Shown piece after piece: positions 31,327-41,765 of a stretch of 64,000 nucleotides of DNA. Both the position numbers and the translations under genes were made by a program. The DNA lies in NCBI GenBank assembly GCA_002372935.1, contig DFJF01000007.1:86019-150018 (forward strand), written 5' to 3'. Numbering within the stretch: position 1 is the stretch's first letter; each line of letters opens with the position of its first letter. Origin of the DNA: Clostridiales bacterium UBA3678. Lineage in GTDB: Bacteria; Bacillota; Clostridia; TANB77; CAG-508. Under the pieces are notes generated by a model that searched no databases, was not told the origin of the DNA, and saw only the letters and a list, made by a program, of their open reading frames with translations.

Positions 31327-33375
31327 ATGATAGATTTAAATAAAGAAGTTCAATATGTAAAAAACGTTGGACCAAATAGAGTAAAACTTTTGAATAAACT
31401 AAATATTTTTACACTTAAAGATTTAATAACATATTTTCCAAGAAATCATGAAGACAGAAGTGTTGCAAAAAATATAGCTGATTGTGAGGATGGTGAAACT
31501 GTTTTAATCAAAGCAAAGGCTATGTCAAAAATTGCAGAAATAAGGACTAGAAGAGTTACAATATATAGATTGATAGTTAGTGATAATAGTTCTAGTTGTG
31601 TAATTACATGGTTTAACCAAAGATATTTAAAAGATAAATTTAAAATTGGAGAAACATATACTTTTTATGGAAAAATTACAACTAAGGGTGGAAGTTTTGA
31701 AATGTCTTCACCTGTATATGAAGAAAAAGGTATTGATAAAAATACAGGAAGAATAGTTCCTATTTATCCACTAACTGCAAGGCTTTCACAAAATATGTTA
31801 AGAAAAATAATAGAAGCGGGAATTGATGAAGTCTATGGAAATTTGGAAGAAGATATTCCAGATTATATTTTGAAAAAATATAATTTGGTAAATATTAATG
31901 ATGCATACAAAAACATACATTTTCCAAAAACTAATAATGATTTTATACAAGCAAAAAAAAGGCTAGTTTTTGAAGAATTACTTGCATTACAACTTGCACT
32001 TTTTAGGCTAAAAGAGGGTCAAGACGAAACGCAAGAAGGAATAAAATTTAACTCAAAAATTAACATGAATGATGTTATAAAAACATTACCATTTACTCTT
32101 ACAAATGCACAATTAAGAGTTTTGAAAGAAATAAATGAAGATATGGAAAAAAGTATTCCAATGAATAGGTTGTTACAGGGAGATGTTGGCTCTGGAAAAA
32201 CTGTTATAAGCATGATTTCTGCATATAAGGCAGTAAAAAGCGGATATCAAGTAGCAATTATGGCTCCAACAGCGATTCTTGCAGATCAGCATTTAAAAAA
32301 TTTTGAAAAAATTTTGGGTCAATTTGATATTAAATGTGAATTACTTGTATCAAGTGTTACAAAAAAGAACAAAGAAAAAATCATTGAAAGACTTGCAAAT
32401 GGAGAAATTGATATATTAATTGGAACACATGCTTTGTTGGAAGATAATGTTATATTTAAAAATTTAGGGCTAGTAGTTACAGATGAACAGCATAGGTTTG
32501 GAGTTAAACAACGTGCAAAAATAGTTGCGAAAGGAAATAACCCTGATGTTATTGTAATGTCTGCTACACCAATTCCTAGAACATTAGCTCTTATATTATA
32601 TGGTGATTTAGATATTTCAATAATTGATGAATTACCTCCAAATAGAAAGAAAATTGAAACTTATGCAGTTAATAAAGATTTTGAAGATAGAATAAATGTT
32701 TTTACAAAAAAACTTATAGATGAAGGAAGACAAGCATATATTGTTTGCCCATTAGTAGAGGATTCTGATGATGATTTGTCACTAAAATCTGTTACAGCTT
32801 TGGCGGAAAAGTATAAGACAGAGGTATTTAGTGATTACAGAGTAGAATATTTACATGGAAAAATGAAGGCAAAAGAAAAAGATGATATAATGAAAAGATT
32901 TAAAAATGGAGAAATAGATATTTTAATTTCTACAACAGTAATTGAAGTTGGTGTAGATGTTCCAAATGCAAGTTTAATGATTATAGAAAATGCAGAAAGA
33001 TTTGGGCTTGCTCAGCTTCATCAGCTAAGAGGAAGAGTAGGTAGAGGAGAATATAAATCATATTGTATTTTAAAAAATGAAGGACATAATAAGGTTTCAA
33101 AAGAAAGAATGAAAGTTATGTGTCAAACAAATGATGGATTTATTATTTCAGAAAAAGATTTAGAACTTCGTGGGTCTGGTGATTTCTTTGGTACGGCTCA
33201 ACATGGTGTGCCAGAACTTAAAATTGCAAATTTATTCGAAGATATACCTACTTTGAAACTTGTTCAACAAATTGCTTCAAATATTATGAAGATAGATCCA
33301 CATTTAAGTCAAGAAAATAACTTAAGATTAAAAGATTTAATAAATGATAAGTTTACTAGCAGAATTGAGATATAA
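31327..33375 (+). CDS. recG: ATP-dependent DNA helicase RecG
   Basis: Motifs RLLQGDVGSGKT, DEQHRFG, SATPIPR and QLHQLRGRVGRG. Confidence 0.96.
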   Translation: MIDLNKEVQYVKNVGPNRVKLLNKLNIFTLKDLITYFPRNHEDRSVAKNIADCEDGETVLIKAKAMSKIAEIRTRRVTIYRLIVSDNSSSCVITWFNQRYLKDKFKIGETYTFYGKITTKGGSFEMSSPVYEEKGIDKNTGRIVPIYPLTARLSQNMLRKIIEAGIDEVYGNLEEDIPDYILKKYNLVNINDAYKNIHFPKTNNDFIQAKKRLVFEELLALQLALFRLKEGQDETQEGIKFNSKINMNDVIKTLPFTLTNAQLRVLKEINEDMEKSIPMNRLLQGDVGSGKTVISMISAYKAVKSGYQVAIMAPTAILADQHLKNFEKILGQFDIKCELLVSSVTKKNKEKIIERLANGEIDILIGTHALLEDNVIFKNLGLVVTDEQHRFGVKQRAKIVAKGNNPDVIVMSATPIPRTLALILYGDLDISIIDELPPNRKKIETYAVNKDFEDRINVFTKKLIDEGRQAYIVCPLVEDSDDDLSLKSVTALAEKYKTEVFSDYRVEYLHGKMKAKEKDDIMKRFKNGEIDILISTTVIEVGVDVPNASLMIIENAERFGLAQLHQLRGRVGRGEYKSYCILKNEGHNKVSKERMKVMCQTNDGFIISEKDLELRGSGDFFGTAQHGVPELKIANLFEDIPTLKLVQQIASNIMKIDPHLSQENNLRLKDLINDKFTSRIEI

Positions 33376-33397
33376 AAACAAAGGGAGTGTATATTTT

Positions 33398-33592
33398 ATG
33401 TTACAAATTATATTAAGAGTTATAGGATTGATTTTATTAATGTTAGGTGTAATTATGGTTTATGATGCTAGAATTTTAACAAATAGGTGGTTTGGGTTTG
33501 GAGATCAAAATGAAGCTTCTTCAGGATTTAAAATTTTGGGGTTTATTATTTGTATTGCTGGAGCATTTATAGTTTATTTTAATAAAATATAA
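33398..33592 (+). CDS. Small two-TM membrane protein
   Basis: GGGAG before ATG 33398; two hydrophobic helices flanking YDAR...GDQNE. Confidence 0.6.
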   Translation: MLQIILRVIGLILLMLGVIMVYDARILTNRWFGFGDQNEASSGFKILGFIICIAGAFIVYFNKI

Positions 33593-33838
33593 TTTCTATA
33601 AATCTAAAGTAATAAATTAAATGAAAACATTATCTAGTAAAAATACCAAAAATTTCCAAAAAAAACTTCACAAATTGATTTTTATATGTTATAATAAATA
33701 CTGTTAAACAATCAATTATTTATTTTCTATAAAAAATCCACATAAAAAATAATAATTATTAAAAACAAAATATAGCAATGTATTAAATCCGAATTTAATA
33801 CATGTTATATTACAATTTGTATTAAAGGAGGAGCTTTT

Positions 33839-35227
33839 ATGTCAAATTTAGAAAGTATGACATTAATAGAATTAAAAAAATTAGCTAAAGAAAATAACAT
33901 AAGAAATATTTCAAGATTAAAAAAAGAAGAATTAATTGATATTTTAAAAGATGTACAAGAAGTTGAAAAAGAAGAACAAATTAATCAAGAAGAAGAAGAA
34001 AAGGCTCAAGAAGCTGAAAACAATAAATATGATGCAGCAGATGAAGAAGTAGGAGATTCATCAGATGTAGAAGAACCAGAAGTAACTTATCAGGTTAATA
34101 ACGAAGAAGATGAAATAATTGAAGGAATCTTAGAAGTTTTGCCAGATGGTTATGGATTTTTAAGAGGAGAGAACTTCTTGTCAACTCCAAAAGATGTATA
34201 TATTTCACCTGTTCAAATTAGAAGATTTAGACTTGAAACAGGAGATTTAGTAAAAGGAATTTCAAGATGCAAAGAAGGAGAAAAATTCCCATCATTAATA
34301 TTTGTTGGAGAAGTAAATGGTGAGCATCCAGAAAAAGCAATGAAAAGAAAAAGGTTTGATGAATTAACACCTATTTATCCAAATGAAAGATTAAAACTTG
34401 AAACTAAACCAACAAATTATGCAACAAGAATTATAGATTTAATTTCTCCAATTGGAAAAGGTCAAAGAGGTCAAATTGTTGCACCACCAAAAGTTGGTAA
34501 AACAACATTACTAAAAGAAATTGCAAACAGTATTTCAGAAAACAACCCAGAATGTGAACTTATGGTGCTTTTAATTGATGAGCGTCCAGAAGAAGTTACA
34601 GATATGCAGCGTTCAATTAAAGGACAAGTAATTTATTCTACATTTGATGAAATGCCAGAACATCATGTTAAAGTCGCAGAAATGGTTATTGAAAGAGCAA
34701 AAAGACTTGTAGAACATGGAAGAGATGTTGTTATCTTATTAGATAGTATTACAAGACTTACAAGGGCATATAATTTAACAGTTCCTTCATCAGGAAGAAC
34801 TTTATCAGGAGGTATTGACCCTGCATCATTACATAAACCAAAGAAATTTTTTGGTGCAGCTCGTAATATAGAATTTGGTGGAAGTCTAACAATTCTTGCA
34901 ACTTCATTGGTAGAAACAGGAAGTAGAATGGACGAAGTTATCTTCGAAGAATTTAAAGGTACTGGTAATATGGAAGTTCATCTTGACAGAAAGCTTTCAG
35001 AAAAGCGTATTTTCCCAGCTATAGATATTAACAAATCAGGAACAAGACGTGAAGACTTGCTTTTATCTAAAAAAGAGCTTGAAACTGTTTTTGCAATACG
35101 CAAAGCTATGAATAATCTTCCTGCCTCAGATGTCACAGAACATATAATTGACGAGATGGTTAAGACAAAAAATAATGCTGAATTTTTAGACAAAATGGAT
35201 ATGTTTTTAAGAAGATATAAAGATTAA
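33839..35227 (+). CDS. rho: Transcription termination factor Rho
   Basis: Motifs [32 protein letters not shown] and [11 protein letters not shown]. Confidence 0.97.
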   Translation: MSNLESMTLIELKKLAKENNIRNISRLKKEELIDILKDVQEVEKEEQINQEEEEKAQEAENNKYDAADEEVGDSSDVEEPEVTYQVNNEEDEIIEGILEVLPDGYGFLRGENFLSTPKDVYISPVQIRRFRLETGDLVKGISRCKEGEKFPSLIFVGEVNGEHPEKAMKRKRFDELTPIYPNERLKLETKPTNYATRIIDLISPIGKGQRGQIVAPPKVGKTTLLKEIANSISENNPECELMVLLIDERPEEVTDMQRSIKGQVIYSTFDEMPEHHVKVAEMVIERAKRLVEHGRDVVILLDSITRLTRAYNLTVPSSGRTLSGGIDPASLHKPKKFFGAARNIEFGGSLTILATSLVETGSRMDEVIFEEFKGTGNMEVHLDRKLSEKRIFPAIDINKSGTRREDLLLSKKELETVFAIRKAMNNLPASDVTEHIIDEMVKTKNNAEFLDKMDMFLRRYKD

Positions 35228-35259
35228 AGAAGTTGATATTTTTGAAAAGGAGGTCAATT

Positions 35260-36027
35260 GTGGAAAATATAAAAATAGAAAATATATGGAAAAGAAATTT
35301 TGAAGATTCCAAAATGCTTGAAGTAGAAGAAAGAACAAGAAAATATACATGTTCAAATACTGAAGAGTGTATAAATAAATACAATAATTTAGAACAATCT
35401 AGAAATGGAAATTACATAAGTTCAGATTTAATGAAATTAGTATTTGATGAATATGCTAATAATATAGAATACAGAAAAAAATATAATTTGGCTGTAGCAA
35501 ATAGTGCAGCTTGTCTTGCAAATTTAGCTTATAGAACCAAAATTAAAGAAAGTGATGCTGATTATTGTATATTTGTTGCAGGACCTTATGGTTCTGGAAA
35601 GTCATTTTTAATACAATCATTATACGAAGAGAAAAAAGAAGAATTAAAAAATTGTATTATGTATGAGGGCTCAATAACTACAAAAACGATTGATGAAAAA
35701 ATTGATTTTGCAATTAAAAGTGGCAAAATTCCATGTATAATAGTTCTAAATCCTACACTTGAACTTTCTATGCAAAATATTAAAGATAGAGTTAAAAGGA
35801 TTGGAAGAGATGTAAGAAAAGAAGATTGTGTTTATGTTTATGCAAATATATATGGCGCTCTAAAAAGACTTACAGAAAAATATAGTAATTTATCATATAC
35901 AATATATAACAAAACATCAAATATACCAAGTAATTTAGAAACAAGCCATAATATTGAAGATTTAAATCATGGCTCTTATGAAGAAGTTGCTGAACAATAT
36001 GACACTATAATATCAAGTTTAAAATAA
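35260..36027 (+). CDS. Zeta-toxin-like P-loop kinase/ATPase (paralog 1)
   Basis: Walker A AGPYGSGKS and a DRVKRIGRDV lid-like motif. AGGAGG precedes GTG 35260. Confidence 0.6.
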   Translation: MENIKIENIWKRNFEDSKMLEVEERTRKYTCSNTEECINKYNNLEQSRNGNYISSDLMKLVFDEYANNIEYRKKYNLAVANSAACLANLAYRTKIKESDADYCIFVAGPYGSGKSFLIQSLYEEKKEELKNCIMYEGSITTKTIDEKIDFAIKSGKIPCIIVLNPTLELSMQNIKDRVKRIGRDVRKEDCVYVYANIYGALKRLTEKYSNLSYTIYNKTSNIPSNLETSHNIEDLNHGSYEEVAEQYDTIISSLK

Positions 36028-36043
36028 TTTTTGGAGGTATTTT

Positions 36044-36190
36044 ATGAGCGAAAATAAAAGTGAAAACGAAAATAAACAAAAAGAAGAGAAATATTTAGAT
36101 AACTTAGTTAAATTAGGAAAAATGATATCTATAGAAGCATCAAAAAATCCTAAATTAGAAGAGAAAATAAAAAAAATGTCAAGTTATTAA
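36044..36190 (+). CDS. 48-aa small protein between the two kinase paralogs (not in the ORF track)
   Basis: GGAGG plus ATG; MSENKSENENKQKEEKYLDNLVKLGKMISIEASKNPKLEEKIKKMSSY fills the intergenic gap. Confidence 0.6.
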   Translation: MSENKSENENKQKEEKYLDNLVKLGKMISIEASKNPKLEEKIKKMSSY

Positions 36191-36212
36191 TTTCAAAGGG
36201 GGCTAAATTTAA

Positions 36213-37029
36213 ATGGGGAATATTGATTTTAAAGTAATAAGAAGAAGAAATTTTGATGATCCAATTTTGGAAAAAGTCGAAAATGAAACCATTAATTTAA
36301 CATGTACACAAACAGATAAATTATTAGAAGAATACAAAAAATTTCCACAATCACATAATGGACATTATATTAATTCAGACCTTATGCAAATGTTATATCC
36401 AAATTACAGAGAAAGTAAAGAAAACAGAGCTAAATTTTATTTATCTGTTGGAAATAGTGCTGCTTGTTTGGCTAATGAATATTATAGAAGACAAATAAAG
36501 TCAAAAGATGTAGATAAGTGTATTTACATTTGCCGGACCATATGGTGCTGGTAAATCTTATTTTGCACAATCCTTGTTTGCTTTAAATGCTATTCCTGAT
36601 TCTGCTATTGTATATGAGGGATCAATTACAGCTCCGGAATTTGGAAAAAAGGTTAATTTGGCAGTACAAAATGGAGTTGAGCCTAGAATTATTATTCTAA
36701 ATCCAACATTAGATTTATCTTTAAAAAATATAAAAAGTAGAGAAATGGAAATAGGAAGAGGAGTAAAAAAAGAAGAAGTTGTAGCAAAATATGCAGATTT
36801 ATATGAAAATATGCATCTACTTTTTAAACAACTTAGGGATGAAAATCCAGAACTTCGAAAAAACAAATATCCAATTGAATTTCAAATCTATAATAAAGAA
36901 ACTAATATTCCAACAGATCTTTCTGTTAGCTATGATTTAGAAGATTTATATCATGGCACAAGAGAGGATATATCTAAAGAATATGATAAACTTATCAAAA
37001 ATTATACTATTAATGATGAAGAGAGATAG
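36213..37029 (+). CDS. Zeta-toxin-like P-loop kinase (paralog 2); split by a +1 shift at CGG 36534
   Basis: TGC [C] GGA CCA TAT GGT GCT GGT AAA TCT gives CGPYGAGKS. Both halves are colinear with paralog 1 (SDLM, NSAACLAN, YEGSIT, LNPTL, YNK..NIP, EDL.HG). Confidence 0.75.
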
Positions 37030-37065
37030 AAAACTAAATGATAAATTATAGAAGGAGAAGGACAT

Positions 37066-37707
37066 ATGTTATTACAATTTATTGGTAAAGACTCAGGTTT
37101 TGGAGAAAAAAATAATTCAGCATATATAGAAATTAACAAAAAATTAATATTAATAGATTGTGGTTTTTCTGTATTTAATGAAATAAAAAACAAATTTGAT
37201 TTTAACAAATATGATGAAATTAATGTGATAATAACACACTTGCATAATGATCACGCTGGCTCATTATCTCAATTAATTTTATATCTATATTTTGTGTTTA
37301 ACAAAAAAGTAAATGTATATAGTAAATGTGAGAAAATCAAAGAATACTTGAAGATTACAGGAACACCACTTGATTCATTCACACTATATTCAGATACAAA
37401 AAATATAAAATTTATAAAAACAGAACATGTTGAATATATTGATGCTTATGGTTTTACTTTAAACATTGCAAATAAAAAAATAGTTTATACAGGAGATACA
37501 AAAATTTTAAAACCATTTTTACCATATTTAAATGATGCAAGTGAGTTCTATGTTGATGTTTCAAAAAATGGTGGAGCACATTTAAAAATAGATGATGTTT
37601 TAGAAAATTTAACACAAATACAAAATGATGGAACTAAAATTATATTAATGCATATTGATGATAAAGAATATATAAATAAAGTTACAAATGAAAGATTTGT
37701 AATATAA
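37066..37707 (+). CDS. MBL-fold metallohydrolase (RNase Z-like)
   Basis: Motifs LIDCG, THLHNDHAG and YTGDT. Confidence 0.85.
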   Translation: MLLQFIGKDSGFGEKNNSAYIEINKKLILIDCGFSVFNEIKNKFDFNKYDEINVIITHLHNDHAGSLSQLILYLYFVFNKKVNVYSKCEKIKEYLKITGTPLDSFTLYSDTKNIKFIKTEHVEYIDAYGFTLNIANKKIVYTGDTKILKPFLPYLNDASEFYVDVSKNGGAHLKIDDVLENLTQIQNDGTKIILMHIDDKEYINKVTNERFVI

Positions 37708-37793
37708 TTGACATAATAGTTAAAATATGCTAAAATAAATGTAAACATATTATTATATATGGCATCTATTAATTACACAAGGAGGTTTTTTAC

Positions 37794-38426
37794 ATGAAGA
37801 AAAATTATAGAAGCCAGAAAAAGGCAAATATTGAAAGTTTTTTGATGGAAGAAGAGTATCAAGAAAGAAAAGAAGCACTTTTTCGGATTATTGGTGAATT
37901 TGAAAAAGCCAAACTAGGTTATAGTTTGGCTTGCTCTTTTAATCTTTTCTTAAGAGGGGTTTCAGACGATTTCCACGATTTCGATTTTATTATCGAAGAG
38001 AAAGATTCTGAAAGAGTTAAGGATGTTGTGGAAAAGCTTGGAGCAAAGCTTGTTGCAACAGGTGGAAACGGCTATTGCGAATCACTCGTCTATATGCATT
38101 TTCAATATGGACGTGTTGATTTTGATGTAATTGCTGGATTCCAGCTCTTAACTTTTGGAAGCCACTATATATATGAATATAATTCAGAACAGTTGGATTA
38201 TGTTGATGTAGATGGTGTTTCAATTCCATTGACATCTATGGAAGCATTGTTTATCCTTTATTATATGATGGAAGGATGGCAGCCTAGAAGAAAGTATAAA
38301 AGAAAATTAATTTATGAATATCTTGTAAGTCAAGATGTGAAATATCCTCAGATTCTTGAAGATACTCTTGGAGACCCATTACCACAAAATCTTAAGAAAT
38401 ACATTAAAATTTTATTGATGAAATAG
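37794..38426 (+). CDS. Nucleotidyltransferase-fold hypothetical protein
   Basis: CS..L.LRG..DDFHDFD resembles the pol-beta NTase GS...DxD motif. It has its own TTGACA-N17-TAAAAT promoter (37708-37736), AAGGAGG and a terminator. Confidence 0.55.
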   Translation: MKKNYRSQKKANIESFLMEEEYQERKEALFRIIGEFEKAKLGYSLACSFNLFLRGVSDDFHDFDFIIEEKDSERVKDVVEKLGAKLVATGGNGYCESLVYMHFQYGRVDFDVIAGFQLLTFGSHYIYEYNSEQLDYVDVDGVSIPLTSMEALFILYYMMEGWQPRRKYKRKLIYEYLVSQDVKYPQILEDTLGDPLPQNLKKYIKILLMK

Positions 38427-38543
38427 CTTCAATATTTGAACACATAAAAGTATTACTTTTATGTGTTTTTTTAATTTAATCGAAAAAATAAATATTCAAA
38501 AAAAATAAGGAGCATATTGCAAATAACAATATACTCTTAATAA

Positions 38544-38819
38544 TTATTTATTAACTCTGTCTTTTAATGCTTTTCCAGCCTTAAAAGCAGGAGCTGTAGT
38601 AGCAGGTATTTGGATATCTTCTCCAGTTTGAGGATTTCTTCCAGTTCTTGCAGCTCTTTCTCTTGTTTCAAAAGTACCGAATCCAACTAATTGAACTTTT
38701 CCTTTATTTGCTAATTCGTTTGAAACAGTATTAACAAAAGAATTTAATACAGCTTCGCATTCTTTTTTAGAAACTCCAGTTTCAGTAGCCATTGCACTAA
38801 CTAATTCAGCTTTATTCAT
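38544..38819 (-). CDS. hup: DNA-binding protein HU
   Basis: Motifs MNKAELV, VQLVGFGTF, RTGRNPQTG and PAFKAGKALK. Confidence 0.96.
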   Translation of the reverse strand: MNKAELVSAMATETGVSKKECEAVLNSFVNTVSNELANKGKVQLVGFGTFETRERAARTGRNPQTGEDIQIPATTAPAFKAGKALKDRVNK

Positions 38820-39129
38820 TTTATTCCCTCCTTTTCTTTTTATGCTTAAAATTATTATCTTATGTTGTTTCTATTAATTTATCAGATAAAAGCAATTTAG
38901 TCAATAGATTTATTGAATTTAATTAAATAATTTGTGGAAAACTATCAGTTAAAAAAAGTAATAATAAATATTTAATATTAAATTAAGAAAGATTAAAAGA
39001 TATAAATAAATAGAGAAAACATTAGCTTGTTTTCTCTATTTAATTTTTTTTCATAAAAAATAAAAAAACATTGATTTTTACTGTAAGTTATAATAAAATA
39101 ATAAAAAAAGATAAGGATAAGAATGAATT

Positions 39130-39738
39130 ATGAATAAATATTTAGTAAAAGATATATATACAAAATTATTAAAATTCTCTGGTGAGCCACTTTCAAGAGA
39201 AGAATTAGAAAGTATAAAAGAATTTAGTGTAAATAACTTTACATATTCTGGAGAATTAAAAGGAATAAATTTAGAAGAGCTTAAAGTATTGCCAAATTTA
39301 GAAAAACTGACACTTCAACGTTTCCAGATTAGTGATGAAGAACTTAAAGCATTGGAAAATTTAGAATCTTTAAAAGACTTATTTTTTTCAGGATGTTCAT
39401 TTAGTGCAGAAGAATTCTATGAATTTCCAAATTTAGGTAGTATTGAATTTAATATGTGCAAATATCTCCAGTTTCCAAAAATAAAACTTCCGAAAAATGT
39501 ATATATAAATTGTGCAGAAGAGGGACTAGATCTTGGAAATCTTACAAATCTTCAAAATGTTGAGTATATTACTATGAAAAACATAAAAAAAATTAAGGAC
39601 TTTAATCTTACATCTCAAATGCAAAATTTAAAGAAGTTAAATATTGATGGAAGTGATGTTGATGATAAAAAAACATTAAAAGACTTATCTAAAAAAATCC
39701 GAGTATCACATGAATCAAATTCATACCCTATAAAATAA
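39130..39738 (+). CDS. Leucine-rich-repeat protein
   Basis: Repeated LxxLxxLxL units (LPNLEKLTL, LESLKDLFF, MQNLKKLNI). Confidence 0.65.
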   Translation: MNKYLVKDIYTKLLKFSGEPLSREELESIKEFSVNNFTYSGELKGINLEELKVLPNLEKLTLQRFQISDEELKALENLESLKDLFFSGCSFSAEEFYEFPNLGSIEFNMCKYLQFPKIKLPKNVYINCAEEGLDLGNLTNLQNVEYITMKNIKKIKDFNLTSQMQNLKKLNIDGSDVDDKKTLKDLSKKIRVSHESNSYPIK

Positions 39739-39790
39739 GGTTACAGAAGAATATGATGCAACAGATTAATTTGATTAAAAGGAGACTAAA

Positions 39791-40951
39791 ATGCTAAGAA
39801 ATAAAGGAAATGGAATTCTTACCATAGACTCTATTAAAGATTTGTCAGCAGAAGATGCAAAAAAATTGAGTGCAAAATATACAAAAATACAAATTCTTTC
39901 ACAGGGGTTCGGATATGGGACAAAGAATACAAACTATGTAGGATATTACCAACAAGATCCCTATGATGTAAATGAATTTATTGCATGCAGAGAAAAGCTT
40001 GACGAACTAATAGAGAAAATTGATCCAAATTCAAGTGATTTAGAAAAATTTTCCGAAATTTATTATAGAGTATGCCAAAACATAGAATATGATTATCCTG
40101 CTGGATATCCAGATACAAGAATACAAGAAGAATACTCAAGGTTAAATAAATTTAGGAGTAGAGATTTAAGAAATGGTTTGCTAGATGGAAAAGCCATTTG
40201 CAGTGGCTATGCATATATTTTAAAGTCTGCATTGGAACTGGTTGGCATAGATGCAGTTTATGTTTGTGGACCAGTAAATGAGGATTTAAAGAAACAGAAA
40301 AATTTTTTAAATTATTACCGTAATCTAAAAAAAGATTCGCCATTGAAAAAAATATTAGAAAAAAGAGCAAATAATTCTTATAAAGAATATAATGAGGCAG
40401 AATGGCATGCATGGAATAAAGTTAAAATTGATGGTGTATGGTATAATTGTGACCCAACATGGGATAGAGAAAATATTTCAGTTGGTAAAAGCCCAGAATT
40501 TGTACTAAAATCAGATAAAAATTTTGAAAAAGATGGAAAATATTGTGAAAATGGTCCTGAATGTAAAAACAATTTTTCAAAAAATAAAATAAAAAGTACA
40601 TTCAAAAAAATTTTTAATAAATATGAAATAAACTTACTTCCAAAAAGTAAAAAATCTAAAGAAAATAATAATTCTTTTAGGGACAATATATCTATAGACC
40701 AAAGTCTAGATTTTGAAAAAACAATAATTAGAGATAAAAAATATAGAGAAGACTTTGAAAAAGATGCAGGATATACTATAAGTGAGTTAGTAAAAATGGG
40801 ATTTACTCCTGATGAGATAATTGGATTATCACCAAAAATTTTGAATAGACCAGGCAGAATCAGGGCAGCAATAGAACATAAGCAACGAGAAAAAAATAAA
40901 ACTAATAAAACAAGACAAGATGGTAAAGATGACTTTGATGAGGAAAGGTGA
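39791..40951 (+). CDS. Transglutaminase-like cysteine protease domain protein
   Basis: Cys-His-Asp triad motifs AICSGYA, HAWNKV and CDPTWD. No signal peptide; ends in DDFDEER. Confidence 0.75.
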   Translation: MLRNKGNGILTIDSIKDLSAEDAKKLSAKYTKIQILSQGFGYGTKNTNYVGYYQQDPYDVNEFIACREKLDELIEKIDPNSSDLEKFSEIYYRVCQNIEYDYPAGYPDTRIQEEYSRLNKFRSRDLRNGLLDGKAICSGYAYILKSALELVGIDAVYVCGPVNEDLKKQKNFLNYYRNLKKDSPLKKILEKRANNSYKEYNEAEWHAWNKVKIDGVWYNCDPTWDRENISVGKSPEFVLKSDKNFEKDGKYCENGPECKNNFSKNKIKSTFKKIFNKYEINLLPKSKKSKENNNSFRDNISIDQSLDFEKTIIRDKKYREDFEKDAGYTISELVKMGFTPDEIIGLSPKILNRPGRIRAAIEHKQREKNKTNKTRQDGKDDFDEER

Positions 40952-41118
40952 AAATAAGAACTCTAAATAAGAACTTTACATAACAATTGACAAAATCTAG
41001 TAATTTATGGTATAATTAAATTAATATGAACTCAAGGGTTCATATTTGTAAACCTCGTGTTTGCATACTTATATTCATTCTTTTTTAAGAAAAATTTTTT
41101 TTGGAGGTATTTAAAGAA

Positions 41119-41379
41119 ATGGAAAAGATTGTACATTACAATGGTGGAACTCATAATTATTATGGTGGTTCGAAGTCTATGACAAAAGTTTGTGTTGCTG
41201 CTACAAATAGTATTCCTGTAGTAGGAGAAAAGTGCTCAATGTATAAGTTAGAGTTCGTGAATGGTCAGCCTAGTCTGATGGAATGGTTGACAAGCACATT
41301 AGAAACAGTTTCCTATATGGGAAATAATGTGTATACTGTAACAACCTGTAATTATATTTACATCGTTCAAGTTGGCTAA
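41119..41379 (+). CDS. Hypothetical small protein
   Basis: TTGACA (40987)...TATAAT (41011) promoter, GGAGG RBS and a downstream hairpin. Confidence 0.6.
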   Translation: MEKIVHYNGGTHNYYGGSKSMTKVCVAATNSIPVVGEKCSMYKLEFVNGQPSLMEWLTSTLETVSYMGNNVYTVTTCNYIYIVQVG

Positions 41380-41592
41380 TCTTTTCAAAAAAAAGAATTA
41401 TCTTTTACTCTCTCGAAAGGGAGAGCTTTCTTTATGTTTTATTTTATAATGGTCATCTTTAAAATATGAATTAGTGCGAAACAATACACTAAATATAAAA
41501 AATCTATAAAATTACTTGCTTTTTTTCAATAAAATGATATAATGAAGAAAAAAATTGCAAGAAACAAAAACTTGTAAAAAAGGAGGATAAAA

Positions 41593-41730
41593 ATGAAATA
41601 TAAATGTGGAGTATGTGGATATATTTATGATGAGGAAGTTGAAAAAGTAAAATTTGAAGATTTACCAGATGATTGGGTTTGCCCACTATGTGGAGTAGGA
41701 AAAGAAATGTTTGAAAAGGTTGAGGAATAA
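41593..41730 (+). CDS. Rubredoxin (not in the ORF track)
   Basis: [45 protein letters not shown] has two CxxC motifs; AGGAGG RBS. Confidence 0.92.
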   Translation: MKYKCGVCGYIYDEEVEKVKFEDLPDDWVCPLCGVGKEMFEKVEE

Positions 41731-41765
41731 ATTTTTTTGTGTAAAAACAGAGGGGAATAATAGAA

